Source: Mobula hypostoma
Taxonomy: Eukaryota
Assembly: GCF_963921235.1 (NCBI RefSeq)
Contig: NC_086097.1
Span: forward strand, 94,552,001 to 94,616,000
Reading direction: 5' to 3'
Length of the DNA: 64,000 nucleotides
A program made the translations under genes and the position numbers. This document shows, piece by piece, positions 38,358-51,349 of this stretch (position 1 is the first letter of the stretch; every line of letters begins with the position of its first letter). The notes below the pieces were generated by a model. The model was not told where the DNA came from and did not search any database. It worked only from the letters and a program-made list of their open reading frames with translations.

Positions 38358-38458
38358 GCAACACACACAAAATGCTGGAGGAACTCAGCAGGCCAGGCAG
38401 CATCAATGGAAAAGAGCACAGTTGACGTTTCAGGCCGAAGCCCTTCGTCAGGAGTAAA
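38358..38458 (-). ncRNA. Penelope-derived repeat with minimal hammerhead ribozyme core
   Basis: Minus strand CTGACGA-AGGGCTTCGGCCT-GAAAC-GTC (38451-38424). Confidence 0.6.
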
Positions 38459-40018
38459 GAGATAAAGCTGGGTATGTACTTTACTGGGTAAGGTTCACTG
38501 AGCTGTACTTCTAACAAAAACATCTAACCAGGTAAAATGGTGGTACGTTCGATTGCAGCAGCTTCTATGTGGTCAACCAAAGGTATTGCTATCCTTTTTC
38601 AATATACTTTTTTACGATGGCAAGACCCTACTGAACATTATAACTTAAAGTACTGCAAATCTACCTCATCAGCAAGTTGCTCGTTGGCAGAGAAACTGAA
38701 AGAGCTAGATGGTGCGGATCGTGCTGCAGCCTGCATCAGAGAGGAGTCGAGGAATCAGTGCGCAAAGGCAGTGTGCAGTTTAACGAGTGATCGTCTTAGT
38801 CGCTTTTCTTGTGATCACAAGACTCTGTTGGACGTTGTTAATGTGGAACGCTGCAAGTCCGATTCACTGGTTTATTGGCAGACGGCAGGAGAGCAGCATG
38901 GCCTTGGTTGAGGTGAGGATTAGGCCTCAAGCTGTGCTGTCACCTGTTACCAGCCGCCCAGGAAGGAGGCATCAGAGCCAGAGGCCATGTCCTGTGGCGT
39001 CCAAGCTGGAGTCAGTGCTGCCCTCTAGTGTTCGTCCAGCAGAAGACAAGCAGACTCATGGACTCCGAGAATTTAACTATATTTTCTTGTATGACTGTAT
39101 TTTACTGATATCTATATGAAGTGCTTTGTGCTGTGTAGACTGTTGCTACTGTGTGTAGCACCTTGGTCCCAGAGTAATGCTGCTTTGTCTGCTGTATTCC
39201 TGGGTATTTGTGCATGGTTGAATGACAACTAAGCTTGAGCTATGAACTATGAAAGCAGAGGCAGGAATCCTGATTCAGTTACCTTCCTTCTGGAAACCAC
39301 AAGCAACTGAACAGCAGAGGCTGTGGGTCTGAAGCACAGACTGAAAATGCTGGAAGTGCTGAGCAGGGCAGGCAGCATCCGGGGAAGAGGGCCTGATCAG
39401 GAATAAACTGAGTAGTTAACATTTCATCAGAGTTGTAAACCAACATAAGTTATTCTAACTTGGATAAAGGAAGCAAGGCCTTTTTTAAAATCCATAATAC
39501 ATTGTTCAATATTTCGGTGGCCCCACCCCTTCTCAGAGAGTTCAGGTCAGGAGGAATGGTCTGATTTAAGCTGGAAGCATGATTGAGAAGGAACAAAACA
39601 AGGTTTATGCGCAAACGACTCATCACTTTAGTCAAAAAGAGAACCCTCTGGCTCTACCTAAACCCCAACTGTCTCCCACAAGCTCCAGCCTCTTCCAGCC
39701 AACCCGCACCTCGCCCTGACTGTCCAGTTAACTCAGAGAGCACGGGACCAGACACAGTTGGATTCTGGAGGAAAGGCAGGAGTAACATGAGGCCCAGTAG
39801 CTGATGTATGTGCCTCTGTGAGCCAGACAATATACTGTACCTTCTCTTCTGTGACTAGTGGTGGTCCACAGAGATATCTACTGGTGCCCCTGCTGTTTGC
39901 ATATACGTATATAAGGGACCTGGATGTAGATGTAGATGGGTGGGAAAACTTAAAGGTTTTGAGAAGATACAAAGATTGGTGGCATTTGGGACAGTACAGA
40001 AGATTGCCAGAAGATATA

Positions 40019-40544
40019 CAATGCTGTGCAAAACACTTAGGCACATATATATAGCCAGGGAGCCTAAGACATTTGCACAATACTGTAGTAATTTTATCTG
40101 TTGCACTGTACTGCTGCAAAAAAAAAACAAATTTCATGACACATGAGTGATGATAAACCTGATTCTGATATGGCTCTCTGTTGTGGACTGAGAGTGGGAC
40201 GGGGGCAGGGAGAGGGGAATCATGGTTGGGAAAGAGGGAAGGGAGAGGGGAGGGAGCAGGAAGCACCAGGGAGACAGTCTGTAATGATCAATAATCCCAT
40301 TGTTTGGAATCAAATGACCTTGTCTGGTGTCTCAGGTCTGAGTGTGTCTGCATCCGCACCATCCCCCACCCCTGGCACTCCTCTGCCACCTGTCCCACAC
40401 CCCTCCCGCAGTGCTCCACCCTCGCCATTCCTAACATCCTCTGCTCCCACCAGATTTATAAACTGGCTTTCCGCTCCACGTTAACAACTACAGTACTGTG
40501 CAAAACTCTTAAGCACCCGAGCTATATATACGTGCACAGTACTG
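40019..40544. mobile_element. Two TA-flanked Tc1-like mini-palindromes bracketing a ~400-bp insert, inside a CR1 fragment
   Basis: TA|CAATGCTGTGCAAAA..TTTGCACAATACTG|TA (40019-40085) and TA|CAGTACTGTGCA..TGCACAGTACTG|TA (40491-40544). Confidence 0.6.
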
Positions 40545-40634
40545 TAGTTTAGTTATAGTTCTGGGCAGAGAAATGGCAGATGGAGTTTAACCTAGCCAAA
40601 TGTGATGAGTTGCACTTTGGAAGTTTAACATTAC

Positions 40635-40945
40635 TCCTTAACAGCATGCCCTTAATGACAGGACCCTTAACGACAGACCCTTAACAATGAGACCCTTAAC
40701 GACAGACCCTTAACGACAGGACCCTTAACAACGAGACCTTTAACAGCAGACCCTTAACGACAGGACCCTAAATGACGAGACCCTTAACGACAGACCCTTA
40801 ATGGCAGACCCTTAACAGCAGACCCTTAACAGCAGACAGCTAACGGCAGACCCTTAACGACAGGACCCTTAACAACAGACCCTTAATGACCGACCCTTAA
40901 CGACAGACCCTTAATGGGAGACCCCGAACGGCGAGACCCTTAACT
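40635..40945. repeat. 14-15 bp minisatellite (GACCCTTAACGACA), about 20 copies
   Basis: Directly visible; lies within a CR1 fragment (~40560-41290). Confidence 0.9.
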
Positions 40946-42490
40946 GAGGGAAGACTTGATTGAACATTAGGAGGGGCGTAGTGTAGATGGCTGGTATCTT
41001 CTTCACAGTGTTGAAATACTTAGTACTAGAGGGCTCACATTTAAGGTGAGAAGGGGAGTGTTTTAAGGAAATGTGCAGGGCCAGGGTGTGCTGGGTGCCT
41101 GGGAAACACTGCTGGGGGAGGAGGCAGCTGTGATGGAGGTGTTCACAGACGGGCAGGTGAATATGCAGAGAATGGAGGTATATAGGCATGATGCAGGCAG
41201 AAGGGATTAGTTTAGTGAGGCGTTCAATGACTAGTTCAGTTAGTTCAGCACAAGAATGTGGGCCGAAAGGCCTGTTCCTGTGTTGTACTCTTTGTGGATT
41301 TATGTTCTATTAGCTTTTGTTTGGATAGTTGGTGGTTGGTGTGTGCCCTTTACACCCAGACCTTCATTATCACCTCCCCTATGGGGACAATGCCGGCAAA
41401 TGGGACAGTCTCAGTTAGGCAACTGGGTCAGCATGGATGAGTTGGGCTGAAAGGCCTGCTTCAGAGTTGTATAATTCCATGACACTGGACCCTACTCCCA
41501 TCTGATGTTGCAGTTCACCCACATTGCCGAGAACACTAAATCATACCACAGAACTGCTCCCCAAGGCAACCGCACCAACAAGCTCTACCTTCTGTTTATT
41601 CTTTTCTCTGGGAGCCATGCAAACATACAATTAAGTGATTGTCTTCCCTACTCACTGTTTAGAGGGTAAGTTGAGACACCTGATACGCTTGTGCTAGCTT
41701 GTCCGTGTGCCAAGGAAGTTTCTCTGCTCTTCCTTGTGACTAGCTCACACAAGACCCGTCTTTTAACTGCATTCAGCCTATTTCCTTTCACTTGATATTG
41801 GGAAGTCAATACAGGCAGGAGTGGTGGTCCAGAAAGTATTTGCATCTCAGCACTTTTCAAGCTCTTCAGATGTTCCGGATGACTTCACGTCGACAAATTA
41901 TGACAGTTCTCAGACAAATCCTATTCCTCCATTAATCTTCTCTGCAGCCACATTCCCATCAACTCCCTCTAGATTCTACCACGTACCTCCTTCTCTCTCT
42001 TTTGCTCACTACGCCGCAGTCCAGGTCACTGTAGGATTTTTCATTGCTGTTTCGGTAACAATTTCATTTTACCAGTCAGGGTTGTTAGCCCTGAGCTGAA
42101 CTCCCGAACCTAGAGGAGTCTGGCCTCTACCCTTTGACCTGTTTGGCATGGGTGGCCCTACCAAGAGCCAAAGCACAAGGCCCCAATTCCAGCCAACATC
42201 GCTCTCCAGGTCACTGAGGCACGCAAGCCTCCAAACCACAACAAGGTTGTGGACTTTCCTCCTTTTAGAATGGGCAATTAATCTATCAATATGCATGAGG
42301 GAACAGGAGCACCCTGGGAGAGGCCCATGTTGCCACAGGGAGGACGTACAAACTCCACACAGACAGGGCCCGGGATCAGGATGGAACCTGGATCTCTGGA
42401 GCAGTGAGACAACAGCCCTGTCAGTGGCACCACTGCCCTGCCACTTCAGTTCCCCTGTATCTCATGAGGACAGAAAAAAAAGGTTGTATT

Positions 42491-43155
42491 TTAGATTAGA
42501 TTATGAGGACACGCGGTCCTCTTTTATTGTCATTTAGTAATGCATGCATTAAGAAATGACACAATTTGTTCCTCCAGAATGATATCAGAGAAACACAAGA
42601 CAAACCAAGACTGAAAAAACTGACAAAAACCACATAATTATAACATATAGTTACAACAGTGCAAAGCAATACCGTAATTTGATAGAAGAACAGACCGTGG
42701 GCACGGTAAAAAGTCTCAAAGTCTCTCGAAAGTCCCATCATCTCAGGCAGACGGTTGAAGGAAGCTTCCAGTGCTGCAAACTTGCTGATGCAGCACCCTG
42801 GAAGCACCCCAACCACAGTCAGATTTCAAGTCCATCCGAAAACTTTGAGCCTCCGACCAGCTCTCCGACACCGAGCACCGAGCACCATCTCTGCCGAGCG
42901 CTTCGACCCCGGCCCCGGCAACAGGCAATAGGCAAAACCGAGGATCTGGGGCCTTCCCCTTCAGAGATTCTCGATCGTACAGTATCAGCGGTAGCGAAGC
43001 AGGCATTTCAGAAGTTTCTCTAGATGTTCCTCTGTGCTTCTCACGGCTGTCCCCATCAAAACAGGATTGTGCACGGTATCCTAGTTCACAAATACGATAT
43101 CAATTCAGAGCGGACACGCGCGCTGCGTCACGCCACCATCTTCTCCTCCCCCCTC
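42491..43155 (-). mobile_element. Non-autonomous retroelement with (TCTAA)n tail
   Basis: TTAGATTAGATTA at the left end, GC-rich opposite end, no coding motifs. Confidence 0.5.
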
Positions 43156-43991
43156 CAAATATTATTATATTTTGGAATATAGTAATTACAGAGGTGAGAG
43201 GATCTTCCTCTTGAGAGCTTAGCAGGAAGGGAATGTGTTTTCACCCATCAGGGGAATATGAAGGGATGCAGGGAAACTCCACAGTTTACATGGAACTTGG
43301 AGGTTTGCAGAATAAAAACCTGCAGATGCCAGAAATCCGAAATAAGAGCAGAAGGATACTCAGCAAGTTGCTAATATCCGTGGAGAGTGTAACAGTCAAC
43401 ACTTGAAGACCCTTCACAAGAACAGGGAAAGAGAGAAAATAGGTTTATGTTGTAGAGAGGGTGGGATGTGCTGTATGGGGCAAAGGGAATTATGGGTGAG
43501 GCCAGGGAGTAAGGGTAGAGGTGACCCACTTGAAGGGTCACTAGGGGCGAGGGGAGAGAAAATGAGCTAAAGTCTTGAGATGAGGGAAGTTAGAGAGTGA
43601 CAGCACAAGCAAAGGAGTGTGAAGTGCAGGGCTACAGGATATGCCCATCTGGACAGGCTCTGCTAATGGGGGAGAGAGATACTGAGCCAATATCTCAACT
43701 GGATGACTGATTGCAGGAATGGCCGGGTACACAGAGAGAGACAGCCATCCGAACTTGCAGAATTTCAAACGGAATCAAGAAAGGCTGCAATTTACCCCAG
43801 ACAAAATGAAATATTAAAAAAAAGTACTGAAGGTAGGACTTCAGGGGGGTTGTTCTGTTCTTTATTAGGGCTGGCCCTTCAATTGGAAACAGTTCTGCAG
43901 AAGAACCTTCAGCTGGAGATTCTCGACCACCTCCTCCACGAGTGGCCAATATTTACCAGCAGTGGCTAGACCCTTTGGGAAGGAGCTTGCT

Positions 43992-44851
43992 ACATAAGAA
44001 TATAAGAAATCACAGCAGAATTAGACCATTCAGCTCATTGAATCTTCTCTGTGATTCAATGATGGTTATTTTATTTTACCCAACTCGACCTCTTTTCTCC
44101 CATACCCGTTAACTCTTTACCAATCAAGAACCTATCAGTCTCTGTCTTAAATACACCCAATGACCTGGCTTCCACAGCTCTCTGAGCAATGAATCCCACA
44201 GATCTATCACTCACTGGCTGAAGAGGCTCAGATTTAAATGGATGTCTTTTATTCTGAGGCTGTACCCTTGGATCTTAGGTTGTCCTACTAATGGAAGTAT
44301 CCTCTCCACATCCATTCTATCCAGGCCTTTCAGTATCTGGTAGGTTTCAATGAGATCCCTCTCAACATTTTGTGGAAGACACTAGCAGTATGCCAGAAGT
44401 TCGAGAGTATCAGGAGGCAGACGAAAGTGACGTTGCCATTACTCGGGAGACGGTGCTTGGGAAACTTAAAAGTCTGCAGGTAGGTAAGTCACCTGGACCA
44501 GATGATCTGCATCCCAGGATCTGAAAGAGGTGGCTGAGGAGATGGTGGATGTGTTAGTAATGATCTTTCAAGAATCAATTGATTCAGACATGGTACCAAA
44601 GGACTGAAAGTTTGCAAACATTACATCCACTCTTCAAGAAAGGAGAGAGACAGAAGAGAAGAAATTATAGGCCAGTTAGTCTGACCTCAGTGGTTGGGAA
44701 GATGTTGGAGTCGATTGTTAAGGATGTGGTTTCAGGCTACTTGGAGGTACATGATAAAATAGGTCATAGTCAGCATGGATTCCTTGAGGGAAAATTTTGC
44801 CTGACAAATCTGTTGGAATTCTTTGGAGAAATAGCAAGCAGGATAGACAAA
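43992..44851. mobile_element. Adjacent CR1 fragments (minus-strand 3' end, then plus-strand RT piece)
   Basis: CATAAGAATATAAGAA tail at ~43993; NYRPVSLTSVVGK..QHGF..CLTNL in ORF 44579-44938. Confidence 0.8.
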
Positions 44852-45389
44852 GTGACTGCCCCTCCACCCTACTCAGTGACTGACTCTCTGGTCTACTTAG
44901 TGACGGACCTCCCCACCCCTAGTACACTCAGTGACTGATCTTCTGGTACATTTGAACACTGAGCCATTGGTGTATTCAGTGACAGGCCCTGTAATATACT
45001 CACTGGAGGGAAATGGACACAACGTTGACCGTCCATTTCCCTCAGTTGATGGTGCCTGACTGACCCACTGAGTTCCAACAGGGCCTTTTGTAGAAAGGCC
45101 GGATTGCAGAGTTTGCAGTCTCTTGTGTCTCCACTCAGTGATGGGGCCTCTAGTGTTAGTTCTCCACCTGGGAGCTCCATTTGAAGTCAGTAACTCAAGT
45201 CTCTGATCTGGGACAGTTCCTCTTCTCATTGTTACCATCGGGGAGGTGATACAGGACCCTGAAGTCCCACACTCAATGATTCAGGAACAGCTTCTTCCCC
45301 TCCACCATCAGATTTCTGAATGGTCCATGAACCCATGAACATTATTTCTTTTTTTCCTATTTATTTCGTTGTTGTAGTTTATAGAAATG

Positions 45390-47017
45390 TTACTGGTTGA
45401 ACATGTAGATATTAAGAAAGAGGATGGCTGGAGCTTTTGGAAAGCATCAAGTTGGGTAAGTCACCGGGACTGGCCGAGATGTACCCCAGGCTACTGTGAG
45501 CAGCGAGGGAGGAGATTGCTGAGCCTCTGGTGATGATCTTTGCATCATCAATGGGGACGGGAGAGGTTCCGGAGGATTGGAGGGTTGCAGATGTTGTTCT
45601 ATTATTCAAGAAAGGGAGTAGAGATAGCCCAGGAGATTATAGAACAATGAGTCTTACTTCAGTGGTTGGTAAGTTGATGGAGAAGATCCTGAGAGGCAGG
45701 ACTTATGAACATTTGGAGAGGCATAATATGGTTAGGAATAGTCAGCATGGCTTTGTGAAAGGCAGGTTGTGCATTACGAGCCTGATTGAATTTTTTGAGG
45801 ATGTGACTAAACACATTAATGATGGTAGAGCAGTAGATGTGGTGTAGATGGATTTCAGCAAGGCATTTGACAAGGTACCCCATAAAAGGCTTATTGAGAA
45901 AGTAAGGGGCATGAGATCCAAGGGAAATTGCTTTATGGATCCAGCACTGGCTTGCCCACAGAAGGCAAAGAGTGGTTGTAGATCGGTCATTTTCTGCATG
46001 GAGTTTGGTCACTAGTGGTGTGCCTCAGGGATCTGTTCTGGGACCCTTACTCTTCGTGATTTTTATAAATGACCTGGATGAAGAAGTGGAGGGATGGGTT
46101 AGTAAATTTGCTGATGACACAAAGGTTGGGTGTGTTGTGGATAGTGTGGAGGGCTGTCAGAGGTTACAGCAGGACATTGATAGGATGCAAAACTGGGCTG
46201 AGAAGTGGCAGATGGAGTTCAACCCAGATACGCGTGAGGTGGTTCATTTTGGTAGGTCAAATATGACGACAAAATATAGTATTAATGGTAAGACTCTTGG
46301 CAGTATGGAGGATCAGAGGGATCTTGAGGTCCGAGTCCATAGGACACTCAAAGCTGCTGCACAGGTTGACTCTGTGGTTAAGAAGGCGTATGGTGTATTG
46401 GCCTTCATCAACCATGGGATTGAGTTCAAGAGCTGAGAGGTAATGGTACAGCTATACAGGACCCTAGTCAAACCCCACTTGGAGTACTGTGCTCATTTCT
46501 GGTTGCCTCACTACAGGAAGGATGTGGAAGCCATAGAAAGGGTGCAGAGGAGATTTACAAGAATGTTGCCTGGATTGGGGAGCATGCCTTATGAGAATAG
46601 GTTGAGTGAACTAAGCCTTTTTTCCTTGGAGCAACAGTGGATGAGAGGTGACCTGACAGAGGTGTATAAGATGATGAAAGGCATTGATCATGTGGATAGT
46701 CAGAGGCTCCTTCCAAGGGCTGAAATGGCTAGCATGAGAGGGCACAGTTTTAAGGTGCTTGGAGGTAGCGACAGAGGAGATTTCAGGGGTAAGTTTTCTA
46801 TGCAGAGTGTGGTGAGAGCGCGGAATGGGCTGCCGATGACGGTGGTGGAGGCGGAAACGATAGGGTCTTTTAAGAGGCTCCTGGACAGGTATGGAGCTCA
46901 GAAAAAGTAGGTGGCTATGGGTAACCCCAGGTAATTTCTCAGGTAAGGACATGTTTGTCACAGCATTGTGGGCCGAAGAGCCTGTATTGTGCTGTAGGTT
47001 TTCTATGTTTCTATGTT
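45390..47017 (+). mobile_element. 5'-truncated CR1 LINE (~1.6 kb), degenerate RT
   Basis: VPEDWR, QHGF, GVPQGSVLGP, FADD, LVKPHLEYC; TTTCTATGTTTCTATG tail. Confidence 0.93.
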
Positions 47018-47689
47018 ACAACTTTGCACTATTCTGCTGCCACAAAGCACACTTTAGTCAGTGATAATGGATCTGTTTCCTGTTCTGATTGGACTGACCT
47101 CCGATGTGAGAACATGGGAAGTGGAGCCCCCTCCAAGATGTCCCTGCACTTACAACAGCCATCAGCCCACTGACCCTCAACCGAGAGGCCATCGTTCAGG
47201 TGACATTATTGGTTGTCTGGGATCTGCCTTTGGATATGCTCAAAATTTCCTTGAAGAAATGCAACACCTCAGTCCTCTTTTACGCATTTTACCATGGTTT
47301 ATTCAATTATTACAAGATCACATTAATGGAATACATCAGTATTTCACTTTTCACACAATTTAAAGTCAACATCTTCAAATTACAGCAGTTATATTTATTC
47401 CGAGCACACTTGAGCCCCTGTGGTACCCACCCCTCCAGGAAGTCCCCCATGTACCTGTGAATACCACGTGTTCTTTCTCCAAGGCACGCATGTAACCCCA
47501 GAATGAACCCAGACAGAACCCCTCACTCATTCCTGTGAAGCACTGAGCCATGACTGCTTAAAATGGACAATGAATATTCCGAATATTTCTCAAGAATATA
47601 CACTGGGAGCACACAGATATGACGTGTATGCAATAGGAGTAGAACCAGTTTACAACTCACCCAAACAACCTGCCACATCTGCTTCATTT

Positions 47690-50315
47690 TGCTTGCTGAC
47701 ACAACAGGTCAACAGCTGATGTTATTTCATTGGCTCTTCACTCAGCTCTGGAACATTTGGACAGTGAAGATACAAAAATTAGGATGCTCTTCATTGAATA
47801 CAGTTCAACATTCAGCACTATCATCCACTCGAAACTAATCACTAAGCTCCAAGACCTAGGCCTCAGTACCTCCTTGTGCAACTGGATTCTCAACGTTCTC
47901 ACTTACAGACTCCAGTCAGTTCAGATCGGCAACGACATCTCCTCCACCATCTCCATCAGCACAGGTGCACCACAAGCCTGTGTGCTTAGCCCCCTGCTCT
48001 ACTCGCAATATTATTTGTGACTGTGTGGCTAAGCACAGCTCCAATGTCATATTTAAGTTTGCTGGTGGCACCACTGTCGCAGGTCGAGTCAAAGGTGGAG
48101 ACAAATCGGCATATAGGAGGGAGATTGGAAATCTGGCATGAGAGGTGCTGCAACAAGACCAAGGGGCTGATTATTGACTTCAGGAGGAAGCTGGAGATCC
48201 TTGAGCCAGTGCCCATTCGGGGTTTAGATGTGGCGAGGGTCAGTAACTTTAAATCCCTTGGCATTATCATATCCGTCCTGGGACCAGCGCAAAGGTGCCA
48301 TTTCAAAGAAGGCATGGCAACACCTCTACTGTCTTAGAAGTTTGCACAGATTTGGCATGTCATTTAAAACTTGTCACAATGGCGGGGTCATTGGGAGCAA
48401 GGATGGACCCAAATGCAAGACACATCTTGTGAGGTTACTTAGATTTAGTTTATTGTTCAATACCAGGAGAGCAAGGCAGGAGCAGGAAATAGCGAACTGG
48501 ACAAGGACTGAGGACTATGACTAGGCTGGGACCAAGGGTCTGGGCTTGGACTTGGAATCGGCTCCCGGAACTAGAGGAGACATGAAGAGGCTAGGGTATG
48601 GACTCCAAGCCCGAGACTAGGCAAGGACCCAGTACCTGGGTCTTGCCTCGGGCTCGGACCCCAGAACCAGGCATGGACATGACATGGGCTAGGGAGAGGA
48701 GGAACATGGAAAACAGAGCCTCGGTCTCAGGAGAGCAGGTATACGGAACCATGGATACATACACAGAACACAGAGTCGGGACCCCTCCTTGGGTACAGGA
48801 CATAGGGCCGGGACTCACACACAGAACAGAGAGCTGGGACCCCTCCTTGGGTACAGAACATAGGGCCGGGACTCATGACCCTCCGCGGGGCAATGGCAAG
48901 ATGGCCTGACCTACCCCACGGAGGCGAGGACAAGACAAGACAAGACATGACCCCCCGCGGGGCAACGGCAAGACAGCCTGACCTACCCCACGGAGGCGAG
49001 GACAAGACAAGACAAGACCAACATGAATGAACACCAGACAGTACCTATCTAGCTCCGGTGATGGAACTAGACTGAAGTGCAGGCGGGGGCTGCAGACGGG
49101 GGCTAGAGGCGAGAGGGGCAGAGAAGGGATTCAGACAGGGGGGTAGGATGGGAATCACAGACCGCCAGGGCCAGGACTAGACTCAGAACTGGGAAGCCGC
49201 CAGGGCCAGGACTTGACATGGTACTTGAATGCCGCCGGGGCCAGGACGTGGATGAGGTACTTGGATGCCGCTGGAGCCAGGATGTGGTGCATGGAACCTC
49301 CGGGTAGTGCCGAGCTCTCGACTCAGCCCGGGAACAATAGACAGTGGCTCTTGATTCCCTCCGGCGGGTTAACTGACGGACCCACCTTGATGAGGAAACT
49401 TTGCAGGCTTGCTCTGGCAAGGTAACTGGACAGGGTTGCTCCGGTGAGGAAGGGCGAATTACCGGCACTCGCTTCGGCAGAGACTAGGCTTGCTCCAGCC
49501 AGATGACATTGGCACGCCGTGACTTTGCAGACTTTGCAGACGCTCCCACACTGAACGGCTGAAAGCCGGAGACTATAAACTACCAGTTCAGCCGAGCGTT
49601 AATTGCCTCTAATCACCAAAGTCGAGGGACTCGGGAAAACAGGGAATCAATGGTCCGGATCGTAACATAAACAAGCTAAATTTAAAGCGACCCCGATCCG
49701 GACCATGACAAAACTTTGTCAGACTTCTCTGGATGCACAGTGGAGAGTATCCTGACTGTTTGTATGGAAACACCTTTTCCCGTGAATAGAAAACCCTACA
49801 AAAATTGGTGAACACAGCCCAGTCCATCACAGGAAAAGCCCTCCCCACCATTGAGCACACCTACAAGGAGGGTGCTGGCCACTGCCACAATAAAGCAGCA
49901 TCGAGCATCAAGAACCATCTAGGCCATGCTCTCTTCTCACTGCTGTAATTGGGAAGGAGATACAGGAACCTTAGGCCCTACACCACCGGGTTCAGGAACA
50001 GGTATTACCCCTCAAACACCAGGCTCCTGAATCAGTGCAAACAACTTCACTCACTTCAACTCTAAATGGATTCCACAACTTATAGACTCACTTTCGAGGA
50101 CTCTACAACTCATGTTCTCAGTAAATTTTATTTACCTTTTTTTTAATTTTCAGGGTGTGTCTTTTTAATGGGGGTTGGTTGCTTTTCACTCTCCCTTCGT
50201 GTGCAGTTTTTCATTGATTTTATTGTAATTTTCTGTTCTGCTGTAAATGCCTGCAAGAAAATGAATCTCCAGGTGATGCATTACTTGATAATAAATTTAC
50301 TTTGAGCTTTGAACA
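47690..50315 (+). mobile_element. Rex1/Babar-type LINE fragment split by a solo LTR
   Basis: RMLFI.YSS.F.TI..KL, GAPQ.CVLSPLL, later ESILT..W/YG and AATAAA tail; continuous across 48372-49710. Confidence 0.8.
48372..49710. mobile_element. Solo LTR or LTR derivative (1339 bp)
   Basis: TGTCA...TGACA termini; perfect 5-bp TSD AAACT (48367-48371, 49711-49715); internal tandem duplications. Confidence 0.88.
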
Positions 50316-50999
50316 TCCTGCCCTGTCAGTGGGAGAGTCCACAGTTCCCACGTTGAGTGGAAGATAGTCATCCTCCACCCCCAGAGGGCCGGGGGGAAGA
50401 CATGAGCGACTGACAAATGTATTCAGTTGCAGTCAGCACTGCCTGTTGATCTTCCTCCAGGGAACGGTGTCGGTGGCGGCTGTCACAAGGTTTGTGTGAA
50501 TCCCTGAGGACTAGTGCACCTAATGAAAGGATATTATGCAGCAGCAAAAGAAACAAGTTGTCCCTTCAGGTTCTTGCTGCACCCAGGCCTACAGGGACTG
50601 GGAGGCAAGAGACCAAAAGGCATGCATAATTATACTCGTTTCACAACATATATATCATGCACTAACACAATGGAATATGAAAGACTGAGGTGTCAGGTCC
50701 GACAGAATCTGTGGTGGTTAGTGCACGATGGCAACCTTCCATAACATTGTATTAGCATCTTCCTGAGCCAACCGTACTGAGTGTCCTACAAGGGGCTGCA
50801 GATGCTAGAATCTGGAACAATACACAATCCACTAGAGGAACTTAGTGGGTTGATCAGTGTCCGTGGGGGAAAGGGAATTGTAATGTTTCAGGTCCAAAAC
50901 CTGCATCCAGACTAACAGCGATGATGGCATGGTCTGTGTAAAGAAGAGAAGAAATGTGGTAATAAAGAGCCCAAGGTGACTGGTGGACTAAACCACTCC

Positions 51000-51200
51000 T
51001 TTAATGCGCCAGAAGAAAAGGGTGTTTGAACACTGAAGCAAAGCCCACGGTGTACAGGGTAGCAGTGATCTCTGCCCTCTTATATGCCTCTGAGACCTGG
51101 ACTACCCACAGTAGAAGATCAAAGCATTTCAAAATTACTACCACCTCTGTGCCCACAAAACACTCCAAATTCTGTAAAAGGAAAAGTGAATCAATGACAG
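51000..51200 (+). mobile_element. Old RTE-clade LINE fragment
   Basis: K..VYR..VISALLYASETWT motif. Confidence 0.6.
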
Positions 51201-51349
51201 TGCCCTCTTCCGGGCCTACACTGCTAACACTGGTAGTCTTCTTCAGGTTATTATCGTCCAAGAGACAATGTCAGTCCAAAATCAAGTCCCAGGCCAGCTG
51301 TCGGTTGTGGCAAGGCTTACCCAGGTTGAAAAGCAAAGTTAGGCAGTAT

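Noticed and set aside
43600..43970. Overlapping 84-88 aa ORFs in unique-looking DNA
   Set aside because: No recognisable motif or convincing splice-site pair
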